From positions 2,496,001-2,560,000 of the forward strand of contig OZ245742.1 of assembly GCA_965227295.1 (NCBI GenBank): DNA of 64,000 nt, written 5' to 3'. Below, in pieces: positions 47,318-57,093 of this stretch (position 1 is the first letter of the stretch; each line of letters starts with the position of its first letter). Made by a program: the position numbers and the translations under genes. The DNA is from Leptonemataceae bacterium. GTDB lineage: Bacteria > Spirochaetota > Leptospiria > Leptospirales > Leptonemataceae. The notes under the pieces are model-generated. The model made no database searches and had not been told where the DNA came from. It was given only the letters and a program-made list of their open reading frames with translations.

Positions 47318-49066
47318 ATGGCAAAGGCCTTACAGTCATCCACGTCACAGTCGAAAACCACAACAGCCGCCGCCCGGCGACCGGCATTCGTGCCGAAGAC
47401 GCGAGCTCCATCGGCGCATCGCTTTGCTCCGACCTTCCATGGTGAAGGGCAGGACGTTCAGAGCGAGAATCCGTCCTTGCGTCCCGGGCGGAACGGAGTC
47501 GTCCAGGCCCGCCTGAAGCTCGGAGCGTCGAACGACCCGGCGGAAGCCGAGGCGGATGCGGTCGCCGATCGAGTCATGCGGATGCCCGATGCGAACGGCA
47601 ACGGGACAGCGGAGGCGGTCAGCGAGACCGCCGTGCAGCCATTACGCCGTCAGTCGGACGGCGGAATCCGGCGGACACCCTGGATCCAGCGGGCCTGCGT
47701 GGGAAACTGCGGGGCATGGGTTCCGGATAAAGAGAAGGAGCAGGAGCAATCGTCGACGGTCCGGCCGAAACGCGACGGCGGTTTCGCGGGTGGTGGTACG
47801 TTGGGCGGTTCCGCGGCCGCTTCGATCCATGCGGCTCTGGATGCCGGAGGCAGTCCGCTGCCGGTCGCGGAGCGCCGGTTCTTCGAGCCGCGTTTCGGTG
47901 AAGACCTCAGTGATGTGCGCATCCATACCGGTGCGGGCGCCACGCGGGCGGCGGAGTCGATCCAGGCCCGGGCGTTCGCGTACGGAAACAACATCGTATT
48001 CAACGCGGGCCAGTACCGGCCGGGCTCCACGGAAGGGCGCCGGCTCCTGGCCCACGAGATTGCCCATACCCGCCAGCAAGGCGGCCCCGCCCGGCGTGCG
48101 CCGATCATCCGCCGCCAGGAGGACGGTGACACTTACGAGAAATACTCCGACGACAAAAACACAGGCACGAGCAACATTGCCGAAAAGGTTACTCCCGAGT
48201 GCGTGAAAGAAGCATACCGCGGGCGCATTCGTATGAATGTGAGCGAAGACAAAGGTACAATCCGGGTCACGCTGGACATGCGGCCGTGCGAGCTTGCTGT
48301 CAGTACGTACAAAAATTACCTGTTCTCCCAGGACCAGAGAATCTTCCGTAAGATTCTGGAAGAGTCTTATTCGGATCAGCTGGACGCGTTGCCCGAGCGT
48401 TTCACGGCGGGTGAGGGAGGGCCACTCATTGAGAGCCGTGAGCAGTTTCTAGACTACGCGGAGAAACATTTTGACAACCTTCCGATTCCGAATACGCAAA
48501 ACATCAGCCGCTACGCCACACTCGTGTTGGTCCGGGGCCCGAACAATACGTTCCAGGGAGTCCCGATCCAGAACGGAACCTGCCTTATTGTTGATAATAG
48601 CCCCACAATGTGGGATTCCACGGAACCGAACCATTTGAAGTTCTTGATCGAACAAGCCCTCGCCGGGCTGCCCGGGGGAGCGACTGTGCGTCTGATGCAA
48701 TTCGGCAGCACTTGCGATGGTCCGCTCCAGTCGTACAGCGGTAGCAGCCCGGTGGAACTCGCAGAACAGCTATACCCGAGACTCGGGCTTAGCAACGTAC
48801 AGAGTTCTTCCGCTGTCCCCCCCTCGTCCGATAATTGTGCCGGCGAGAGCGTACCGCTGGACGCAAGCGAGCAAGCGCTGGCCGGCTCCGGGACAGGACG
48901 AGGCTGCGCAGCCCGGGCGATTCATGATCCAGGCTGCAGCAATGTCTTCATATTCACGGACTTACTCAGAAACGCCGCAAACAGATGCCTCTGCGACGCG
49001 GTGGCCGGGGTCGAGAATGTTACTGTCTACAGTCTCAACTCCAGTGGAAACAGTTGCGAGCAATAA
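47318..49066 (+). CDS. DUF4157 (eCIS-core) domain protein with variable C-terminus
   Basis: VQARLKLGASNDPAEAEADAVAD; FFEPRFGEDLSDVRIH..ARAFAYG..LLAHEIAH..QQ. Confidence 0.9.
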   Translation: MAKALQSSTSQSKTTTAAARRPAFVPKTRAPSAHRFAPTFHGEGQDVQSENPSLRPGRNGVVQARLKLGASNDPAEAEADAVADRVMRMPDANGNGTAEAVSETAVQPLRRQSDGGIRRTPWIQRACVGNCGAWVPDKEKEQEQSSTVRPKRDGGFAGGGTLGGSAAASIHAALDAGGSPLPVAERRFFEPRFGEDLSDVRIHTGAGATRAAESIQARAFAYGNNIVFNAGQYRPGSTEGRRLLAHEIAHTRQQGGPARRAPIIRRQEDGDTYEKYSDDKNTGTSNIAEKVTPECVKEAYRGRIRMNVSEDKGTIRVTLDMRPCELAVSTYKNYLFSQDQRIFRKILEESYSDQLDALPERFTAGEGGPLIESREQFLDYAEKHFDNLPIPNTQNISRYATLVLVRGPNNTFQGVPIQNGTCLIVDNSPTMWDSTEPNHLKFLIEQALAGLPGGATVRLMQFGSTCDGPLQSYSGSSPVELAEQLYPRLGLSNVQSSSAVPPSSDNCAGESVPLDASEQALAGSGTGRGCAARAIHDPGCSNVFIFTDLLRNAANRCLCDAVAGVENVTVYSLNSSGNSCEQ

Positions 49067-52000
49067 CTACAAACCCTGGCCGCGCTTGTACTTGCCTTCG
49101 TAATAGTGGAACTGGATCTCATCGGCGAGGAACTTGAAGTACTGATACTTCTCGCTCCCCGGTAGCTGCTTCTCCGCCATCTCGTTCATGGCCTTGATTA
49201 AGTTGCGGCGCTTGAGTTCGTTGTTCCAATCTTTGCGCGGAAAACACACCGCCTGGGGCATGCCCACGATGCGGTTCGATTTCGGTACCATCACCGTCAC
49301 CGCCAGGCTGCTCTTGATGGCTTCGGCGGCGTGTTCGCGCTTTTGTTCCGGTTGTTTGCGCAGTTCGGGCATGGAGCGAATCTCTTCGAGCAGATCGTCC
49401 GGCGAAAGGGCCATGCTCCAGATGCCCTGCGCATCCCGGCTGCCCTTGAAGAGTTTTTTCTCGGCCCGGGTGGCGAGCTTTGCGATGGATACGGTTTCTT
49501 TTTTTTCCTTCTGCGCTTCTTTGCGGGCCTCTTCTTTTGCGGCCTTACGTGCCGCGCGTTCCTCCGGTGAACGGCCGAAGCTCAGCATGCCGCCGATGGC
49601 CCCGGCCAGGCGCTGATCCCAGCTTGCCGACGCTGTCTTCTTTTGCGAGTCGGCGGCTTTCTTGTTTGCGGCGGCTTTTTTCGAACCGCCCGCCGTTTTC
49701 GCCGCGCTATCCAGTTGCAGCGGCGTGTCCGCGTCGAAGCTCGTGTCCGGGACGGAGTCTTCTAAGTTATTTTCACTGTCGGTTAGCCCGACCGGTACGC
49801 TGCCGTCGTCCCAGGCGGGGGTGTCGATATCGTCCAGTACAGTCTCCTGGAAGGTTTCTCCCGCCTCGGTGACGATCCGGCGATGATGTGCGTCCTCCAG
49901 GTCTCCAGCCGGCGATGGTGCTCCGCCCGGTGGTGCCGCTCCGCCCGGTTGCGCTGCCTGCGGCGGAGCGCTGTTTCGCTGCGGCGATGACGTTGCGGTG
50001 TTGCCCCGGGCGGTGGTTTGAGCTATTGTCCCGGCAGGCCGCGTCGTCGGCGGACCCGCGCTACGCCGGGCCGCTTCCGCCGTCTGCGTATGCTGATTGA
50101 GTCGGGCGATGCGTTGCAGGACCGTGCGCTCCGCCGGCGAGGCGTGGGCATAGGCTTTACGCAATTCCTGCAGGGTCGGCGCGTGGTCGGACTTCAGTAA
50201 CTTTCCTACGTTAGAAGTTTGTGGCCGTCTTTTACCCGGCGCGGTGCCGGGGCGTCGACCGCGGGCGGCGCCGTAGCGACGCTGCACGACCTGGCGGAAC
50301 GCGGGGGCCACGGACTTCCGAATGAACTCCGGTGCCTCGTCGAGATTTTGCGCGTCGATCCAACCCTCGGCGGCGCCGGCTTCCAGGATGTGCAGGGCTT
50401 CCAGGGACGCGCGGTACTCGGCCGTATGTTTGCGCTCCCGCGCGAAGATCTCCGGGAAGACGGACGCCGGCGATTTTTTCCCGGCGATCAATCGCGGCAG
50501 TTGGGCGCCGTTGCGCAGAAAGAAACTGCGCGCGCCGCGCTTCGTATCGTCGAGGGAATCATGGGTTTGCGCCATGCGACGATAGCGATCGATGGCCGCG
50601 CGCAGACGGCGGTCGCGCTCGGGATTGAGGATGCGGCGGGAGTGGGCGATGGAATGCAGGGCGGTAAGCATGCGCGCCTTGTTGGCCGCCGTATGCGGGG
50701 CCGCCGTAATGGATGTAAAGGCCTCGTCGAAACGATCGTCGTGGCCGGCGCGCAGTTCCCGGCGCAACCCCTCGGGAGACTCGGGGTTATCCAGGAAAGA
50801 TTGAAAGAGCGTCTTGCGTTTGTCCCGGTCCTTTTCCTGGAGGGCCGTGCTGAGGGCCGCGGCGGCCGCGTTGCTGCGGCGTTCGCGTTCCACGGAACGG
50901 CGTTTTTCCGCGAAGCTTTCGCCGGGCAGATCGATGCCGGCCGCTTCGAATTCGGTAATGCGTTTGATCTTTGCGGCGTGGTCTCCGGCGCTCTCGACGG
51001 TCTGGTGAAAGAGATACGTCAACCCGGCCTGTTCCCGCCAGGGCTCCGGCGTATCTCCTCCGGCCGGCGGGCTCTCCGCTTCTTCTCGCAGGCGTTCCAG
51101 TACCGCCGCCCGCTCCGCCGGCGGCGCGGCGACGTCGTTTAGAATGCTTTCAGCAAATGTTAAGGCCTGCGCCGGATTTTCCACAAATAGCCGGCGGACC
51201 TCTTCGGCGCGAGCGCTGACGCTTTCGTCCGTAAGATTCGGCGGTGCCGGTTCGCCCGCGTCGAAGGCGGCGATTTCGTTGCGCACGCGTTCCACCGGAT
51301 CGTAGGCGTGGCTGCGCCGCAGGGTTTTCAGAACGCTGTCGATGTTCGGAACGGCGGGGGCGGCACCGTCCGTCTGGTCCGCATGTTGATCCTCCGCCTC
51401 TTCTCGATCCAGGCGTTCGCCCACGGCCGCCAGCTCCGCCCCGCGCAGGCGGGCTTCCACGGCTCTGCGCGCGCGGCTGTGTTCGGGCAGGCTTTCTTTC
51501 AGCGCCGCCAGGATGCGCTGTTGTTTATGCAACGGTTCCCGGGCGATTTCGTCGAAGACCCGGGCGTCGAACTGCTGCTCGACGATGTTTTGATAAATCG
51601 TAAAGATGGTGGGCCAGATGGACTGGAACGTTTCGTCCTGCAGGCGTTCGCGCAGATAGTCGAGTTGCGCGGCGATGACGTCCACGGGTTCGCCGCCGGC
51701 CCGCCGGATTTCCGCTAACTTCTGATGAATCATGTTTAACAGCCGCGGCGTTTCTTCGCGCAGGCTATTGCGATAGTTTACCAGGCGGGGAATGAGATGC
51801 GGCTCGCGTTCGCGAACGGCCGGATCCTTTTCCAGTTCGGCGATGAGATGATCCACGAAGGTGCGCATCTCGGGGATCGTGAGGCGGCGGGCCAACGAAG
51901 ACAGCAGGGCGAAGATGCGCGCAAAGAGTCCGTCGGCGTCTTCTAAGATTTCCCGGAGCTGCGGGTGATAGCGTCGATAGAGTTCGTCGCCGAGGCCGCG

Positions 52001-53197
52001 GACGGATCGGTCCGCGCGTTCGGCGGGGTCGTCCCCGGCGTGTTCCGGATGGGCGCCGCGCTCGTCCTCGGCCTGGATATCGGCCAGGTCCTGGTTCAGC
52101 TTTTGTTCGATCTCTTCCAGTTCGCCGCGTTTGCGTGCGAGATATTCCTGGAGCCTGCGTTCTTCAGCGTCCGGCCCGGTCGCTTCTTCCGGCGTGCTTT
52201 CGGCCGTAGTCTCCGCCGGTTCCGTGCTGTCCGATGGCGGTGCGCTTTCATTGTTTTCGTCCGCCGCAATCGCCGGATTTTCTTCCGGCGCAGCCGGTTC
52301 GGCATCCACCTCCGCGAAGGGGTGTTCTTCTTCATGTACTGCTTGTGCGGATTGCGCGGCCTCCGGTTCGGTTGCCGCCTCGGCGTCCAGGGCCGCCTCG
52401 AATGCCGAGGCGGCAGTGGAGGCAGACGCAGCGGCCGCATCATCTTGCGCAGCTTCCGTTGCGTCCGCTGCTAATGTGCTTTCTTCGGATGTTAACGCAG
52501 CGTCCTCGTCCGGATCGCGGGTTTCCAGGATCTGTCGGAGGTGCGGAACGTGCGGTTCGAGCACGGGGTCCAGTTCTGCGCGGGCGATGTAGGTGCGCCC
52601 GGAGTTCTTGTCGTGGGCCTCTACGTACTCGTGGAAGTCGCGCACCACGGATTCGCGGGCCTGGACCTGGTCATCGCGTTCCAGGTGTGCCAGTCCGGCC
52701 TTCAGATGATGGTGATCCTTTTCCAGTTCCAGGAGGTGGTCGGCCGTTTTGGCGGCCCGGGGGCGCACGGCTTCTTTGAGAAACAACAGAACGAACTGCG
52801 GTCCCTCGGTGTGATCCAGCTCCGCCAGAATGGGAATGAGTGTGGCGACGCCCAGGCGATCGCGATCGGCGAGGTCCTTGATGCGGCTTTCGTAACGCGC
52901 GGCACGTTCGCGGTAGTAGCTGCCGTAGTGGTAGTCCGCGACGGGATGCGAACTGCGTCCGGGATGCAGGCGCCGGGCGAGCAGCGTTTCGAATTCGTAG
53001 AGGGCGCCGAAGGGAACGCCCCGCTCACGCAGCGCGGTGGAAATGCTTCGCGCCCGTGGGATCAACGCAAGACGGTTGGTGTCCCGGATGAGCGCCGTGA
53101 TCATCGTCCGCCGGTTCTCAGTCGAAGAACGAGCGAACTCTTCGGCGAAGGCGGCGTTGCGCCGGCCGCCGAATATGCCGGGTAACCATTCTGCCAT
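49067..53197 (-). CDS. large hypothetical protein (1376 aa; helical with low-complexity linkers)
   Basis: Long ORF with host-like codon usage. No motif recognised. Confidence 0.8.
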   Translation of the reverse strand: MAEWLPGIFGGRRNAAFAEEFARSSTENRRTMITALIRDTNRLALIPRARSISTALRERGVPFGALYEFETLLARRLHPGRSSHPVADYHYGSYYRERAARYESRIKDLADRDRLGVATLIPILAELDHTEGPQFVLLFLKEAVRPRAAKTADHLLELEKDHHHLKAGLAHLERDDQVQARESVVRDFHEYVEAHDKNSGRTYIARAELDPVLEPHVPHLRQILETRDPDEDAALTSEESTLAADATEAAQDDAAAASASTAASAFEAALDAEAATEPEAAQSAQAVHEEEHPFAEVDAEPAAPEENPAIAADENNESAPPSDSTEPAETTAESTPEEATGPDAEERRLQEYLARKRGELEEIEQKLNQDLADIQAEDERGAHPEHAGDDPAERADRSVRGLGDELYRRYHPQLREILEDADGLFARIFALLSSLARRLTIPEMRTFVDHLIAELEKDPAVREREPHLIPRLVNYRNSLREETPRLLNMIHQKLAEIRRAGGEPVDVIAAQLDYLRERLQDETFQSIWPTIFTIYQNIVEQQFDARVFDEIAREPLHKQQRILAALKESLPEHSRARRAVEARLRGAELAAVGERLDREEAEDQHADQTDGAAPAVPNIDSVLKTLRRSHAYDPVERVRNEIAAFDAGEPAPPNLTDESVSARAEEVRRLFVENPAQALTFAESILNDVAAPPAERAAVLERLREEAESPPAGGDTPEPWREQAGLTYLFHQTVESAGDHAAKIKRITEFEAAGIDLPGESFAEKRRSVERERRSNAAAAALSTALQEKDRDKRKTLFQSFLDNPESPEGLRRELRAGHDDRFDEAFTSITAAPHTAANKARMLTALHSIAHSRRILNPERDRRLRAAIDRYRRMAQTHDSLDDTKRGARSFFLRNGAQLPRLIAGKKSPASVFPEIFARERKHTAEYRASLEALHILEAGAAEGWIDAQNLDEAPEFIRKSVAPAFRQVVQRRYGAARGRRPGTAPGKRRPQTSNVGKLLKSDHAPTLQELRKAYAHASPAERTVLQRIARLNQHTQTAEAARRSAGPPTTRPAGTIAQTTARGNTATSSPQRNSAPPQAAQPGGAAPPGGAPSPAGDLEDAHHRRIVTEAGETFQETVLDDIDTPAWDDGSVPVGLTDSENNLEDSVPDTSFDADTPLQLDSAAKTAGGSKKAAANKKAADSQKKTASASWDQRLAGAIGGMLSFGRSPEERAARKAAKEEARKEAQKEKKETVSIAKLATRAEKKLFKGSRDAQGIWSMALSPDDLLEEIRSMPELRKQPEQKREHAAEAIKSSLAVTVMVPKSNRIVGMPQAVCFPRKDWNNELKRRNLIKAMNEMAEKQLPGSEKYQYFKFLADEIQFHYYEGKYKRGQGL

Positions 53198-53338
53198 AGC
53201 GTAGTTTTATGAGACGAAACGTTCTTTTGTAGATCGGTCCGCGGCGGCCAGGCGTCTACCGTTTTTGCCGCGAGTTTTCGCCAGGGATGCGACGCTGGAA
53301 AACACTTTACATACGACCGGTACACGGGAACATCCGGC

Positions 53339-55255
53339 ATGTCCAAACAGCGCGCGCTTCCGAAGTACACTGCCTATCATCTACTCACCGCCACCACGGA
53401 TCAGTGGCCGGACTCCATCGCTCAAAAGTACCGCCCCGATCCTGGAAAAAACTACGTCGACGTTACGTATCGTGAAATGTACGAAAACGTTCGGAACATC
53501 GCCCTGGGGCTTACCGAGATCGGTATGCAGCGCGGCGATCGCGTCGGCTTGATTGCCGACGTCGGCCACCTGTGGATGCAGACGAGCCTGGGCATTACCT
53601 CCGTCGGCGGCGTGGATGTCCCGCGGGGTACCGACGCCACCGAGGCCGACCTCAAGTACATCTTCGGCCACGCCGAGTGTCCCATCGTCATCCTGGAACA
53701 CGCGAAAGTCTTTGAAAAAATTCGGCCGTCCCTGGGGGAACTGGGCGGGATCAAGAAGATCATCTTCATGAACGATCCCGGCGAGCTTAATGTTTCCGGA
53801 CTGGAAGTTTACACTTTAAAAGAAGTCATGGCGAAGGGGGCCGCGGTGGCCGACGGTGAAGGCAAGTTCAAAGCGGCGGCCGAAGCCGTAAGCGAAGACG
53901 ATCTCGTTACCATCATCTACACCAGCGGCACCACCGGTTCACCGAAAGGCGTAATGCATACGCACAAGTCCCAGGTATGGGAAGTGGTGCATACGATTCA
54001 GGGCATTAAGGTGGATCCGAACGGGGTGACCATGGGATTCCTGCCGCCCTGGCATGTGGCCGAGCGCCTCATTGAAATGACGGCGTTGCGCACCGTAACC
54101 GCGGTGGCCTTTACTTCGGTGCCGACCCTCGCCAGGGACCTGGCCGCGGCGCAGCCGACGTTTCTTTTGAGTGTCCCGCGGGTGTGGGAAGCGTTTTATA
54201 ATCGCGTCATCGAAAACGTGAAGAAGGCCTCGCCGGTGGCGCGGGCGCTGTTCAATTTTTCGCGCTGGACGGCGCTTAAGTTTTCGAAGCAGTACGACGT
54301 TCTGTTCGGTCTCAAGTATCGCCTGCAACCGGAGTTCATCATCTTAACCGCCGCTGAAAAAGTCGCGGCCATCTTCTGGTTATTGCTGCTGCTGTTGCCC
54401 TACGGCTTCGCGCGAATCATTCTCGGTAAGGTGCGTGTCGCCCTGGGCGGTCGTGTGAAGTTCGCCATCTCCGGGGCGGGGGCGCTGCCGGAACACATCG
54501 ATCGTTTCTTTTACAGCATCGGCGTGCCCATTGTCGAAACCTACGGCATGACGGAAACCATGGGCGTCACCGCGCGCCGGCGTCTGCCGGGGCTCGTGGT
54601 GGGAACCGTGGGGCGTCCGTTCCCCGGCACGGAAATCAAACTCCTGGACGAGCAGGGCAACGAGGTGAAGGGCCCGTACGAAAAGGGCGTGGCCTGGCAC
54701 CGCGGCCCGCACATCATGAAAGGTTACTACAAAGATCCTGACAAGACCTCGCAAACCCTGGTCGACGGCTGGTTGAACTCCGGGGACATTCTTATGTGGA
54801 CCGTGCAGGGGGACCTCAAGTTCGCCGGCCGCGCGAAAGACACGATCGTTCTCTTCGGCGGCGAGAACGTGGAGCCGCTGCCCATCGAGGACGCGCTGAA
54901 TCAGAGTTCGTTCATCGCGAGCTGCGTCGTGGTCGGCCAGGACAAGAAGAACCTGGGCGTGCTGATCATTCCCGCGGTGGAACCGGTGCAGAAACACTTC
55001 GAAGACCAGGGCGTTAGCGTCGACGCGGACTGGACGAAGTGGAACGACGACGAAAAAGTCCGCGCGTTGATGAAGTCCGAGATCAAACGGCTCAACAGCG
55101 ACAAAAACGGCTTCAAGAATTTCGAACGCGTCTCCGCGTTTTACATTCTGCCGCGCGAGTTTCACATCGGCGACGAGCTGACCCAGACGCTGAAGATCAA
55201 ACGCAACGTCGTGTTGTACAAGTACGAGAAAGAAATCGAAGCGATGTACAGCTGA
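53339..55255 (+). CDS. long-chain fatty acid--CoA ligase (FadD-like)
   Basis: IIYTSGTTGSPKGV, ETYGMTE, GWLNSGD, GRAKDTIVL.GGENVEP. Confidence 0.95.
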   Translation: MSKQRALPKYTAYHLLTATTDQWPDSIAQKYRPDPGKNYVDVTYREMYENVRNIALGLTEIGMQRGDRVGLIADVGHLWMQTSLGITSVGGVDVPRGTDATEADLKYIFGHAECPIVILEHAKVFEKIRPSLGELGGIKKIIFMNDPGELNVSGLEVYTLKEVMAKGAAVADGEGKFKAAAEAVSEDDLVTIIYTSGTTGSPKGVMHTHKSQVWEVVHTIQGIKVDPNGVTMGFLPPWHVAERLIEMTALRTVTAVAFTSVPTLARDLAAAQPTFLLSVPRVWEAFYNRVIENVKKASPVARALFNFSRWTALKFSKQYDVLFGLKYRLQPEFIILTAAEKVAAIFWLLLLLLPYGFARIILGKVRVALGGRVKFAISGAGALPEHIDRFFYSIGVPIVETYGMTETMGVTARRRLPGLVVGTVGRPFPGTEIKLLDEQGNEVKGPYEKGVAWHRGPHIMKGYYKDPDKTSQTLVDGWLNSGDILMWTVQGDLKFAGRAKDTIVLFGGENVEPLPIEDALNQSSFIASCVVVGQDKKNLGVLIIPAVEPVQKHFEDQGVSVDADWTKWNDDEKVRALMKSEIKRLNSDKNGFKNFERVSAFYILPREFHIGDELTQTLKIKRNVVLYKYEKEIEAMYS

Positions 55256-55355
55256 GGCGTCGCCGCTGCTGCACATAGTTACGTTTACGACTCTCCAGGA
55301 TCGCATTTCCGCACGAAAACCGTTGACGTGGTTTCGCGGATGAAGCATTTCCTGA

Positions 55356-55376
55356 ATTAAATCATCATGATTTAAT
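55356..55376. promoter_or_regulatory. perfect AT-rich palindrome, operator-like
   Basis: ATTAAATCAT-C-ATGATTTAAT, about 45 nt upstream of the 55422 start. Confidence 0.55.
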
Positions 55377-55421
55377 ACTGTTACGCGGGCGCTGCAAAGT
55401 CTTCAGCGTCCGGGAGAGCGT

Positions 55422-57053
55422 ATGAGCAGCCCTGGGATCGCCGCCGATGTGCAAATCGAAACTCCGCGGAGGTTTTCGCAGTCTTCGCTGTGGACGATCC
55501 AGCGCCGGTTCTTCGAAGAAGAAGGTATCTCCGCCTGGAGTTCCGGTACGGTTCCGCATTACATCACGTCGAACCCGTACATAGCCGGCGCCTATGCGCG
55601 GATGATCCAGGCTTATCTGCGGGACGTCGCGTCGACGCTGCAGGACGACGAGCCGGTCTATATCATCGAACTGGCCGCGGGTTGCGGGCGGTTTTCGTAC
55701 TATTGCGTGCGTGCCTTAATCGAACTGCTGCGCGGCAATGATCTGCAAAGGCCGCGGAACTTCGTCTACGTGATGACCGACCTCGCCGAAGCGAACGTCG
55801 AATTCTGGGACGAACACGAGAAGCTCAGGCCCCTGGTCGAGCAGGGACTGCTGGACTTCGCGCGCTTCGACGTCGAATCGGATCGCGAACTGAATTTACG
55901 CAAGAGCGGCACGAATCTTTCTTTCGATCGGCCGGTTGTGAATCCCGTGGTCGTCATCGCCAACTATTGCTTCGACTCGCTGCGCCAGGACGTTTTCGCC
56001 GTGAAGGACGGCGCCGTCCACGAGGGCCTGGTCTCCCTGTGGGCCGAAAACGATTCGATTCGCCCGGAGGAGGCAAAGGCCGAGGCGCTGCAGCTCATTG
56101 AACTAAAATACGATTATAAAAAGTTAACTGATGAAGATTACTACGGCGACCCGGAGCTGGACGCCATCCTGGCTTCCTACGCCGGCCGTCTCGGGGATAC
56201 CATCGTCGGCTTCCCGGAAAGCACGCTGCGTTTCTTGCGAGAACTGCGCCGGTGGTCCGGGGAGCGCCTGCTCCTGCTTACCGGCGATAAAGGTTTTGCA
56301 AACGAGGAGGATCTGCTGGACCGCCGGGAACCGGAAATCGTGGTGCACGGTTCTTTTTCCATGATGGTGAACTATCATGCCATCGGCGAGTACCTGCGCC
56401 GGCACGGCGGCGACCTGTGGAATCCGCCGCAGCAGTGTGCGAGCCTCAACGTCTGCGCCGGTTTGCTCGGCGGGGGCGAGTTTCCGGAAAGCCGTCGCGT
56501 CTTTGAAGAAGAGTTCGTCCGCCGCAATCCGGACGACTACTATTACATGCGCAAGAACTTCGCCCCGGTGCCGATTCTGCCTCAGGATGCGACGAACCCG
56601 GAGATGGTGCCGGAGCCGCGGCCGGATTTGCTCGCCATCCTCGCGTATTTGCGGTACGGCGGTTGGGATGCCGACGGATTCTTGAGCGTCTTCGAAGCCT
56701 TACGTGAAGCGGTGAAGGTCGCCGATGCGCGGCAGCGCCGGGAGGTGTGGTTCGTGTTGCGCAACGTCTGGGAGCATTACTACGCCATCGGCGAGGAGCG
56801 GGACCTGGCGTTTCACATCGGGATCATCTTGCACGAAATGGAGTTTTTTCCCGAGGCGGTGCAATTCTTCGAACGTTCGCGCCAGCGGCACGGCGCGGAT
56901 CCCAATACGGTCTACGACATCGCCGTGTGCTACTATCATCTACGGGATCTGGATTCGGCACTAAGGTACGTTCAGGAGACTTTAGTGATTGATCCGAATT
57001 TTGAGGCGGCGCGGTCGCTGCGGATCCGCCTGGAGCGAGAGCGCGAAAGCTGA
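55422..57053 (+). CDS. SAM-dependent methyltransferase (MidA/NDUFAF7-like) with C-terminal TPR
   Basis: YIIELAAGCGRF, VIANYCFDSL; C-terminal TPR helices. Confidence 0.8.
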   Translation: MSSPGIAADVQIETPRRFSQSSLWTIQRRFFEEEGISAWSSGTVPHYITSNPYIAGAYARMIQAYLRDVASTLQDDEPVYIIELAAGCGRFSYYCVRALIELLRGNDLQRPRNFVYVMTDLAEANVEFWDEHEKLRPLVEQGLLDFARFDVESDRELNLRKSGTNLSFDRPVVNPVVVIANYCFDSLRQDVFAVKDGAVHEGLVSLWAENDSIRPEEAKAEALQLIELKYDYKKLTDEDYYGDPELDAILASYAGRLGDTIVGFPESTLRFLRELRRWSGERLLLLTGDKGFANEEDLLDRREPEIVVHGSFSMMVNYHAIGEYLRRHGGDLWNPPQQCASLNVCAGLLGGGEFPESRRVFEEEFVRRNPDDYYYMRKNFAPVPILPQDATNPEMVPEPRPDLLAILAYLRYGGWDADGFLSVFEALREAVKVADARQRREVWFVLRNVWEHYYAIGEERDLAFHIGIILHEMEFFPEAVQFFERSRQRHGADPNTVYDIAVCYYHLRDLDSALRYVQETLVIDPNFEAARSLRIRLERERES

Positions 57054-57093
57054 ACATCTTTACGCTTGCTAAAAAGCGGACGCCTGTCCAGAA

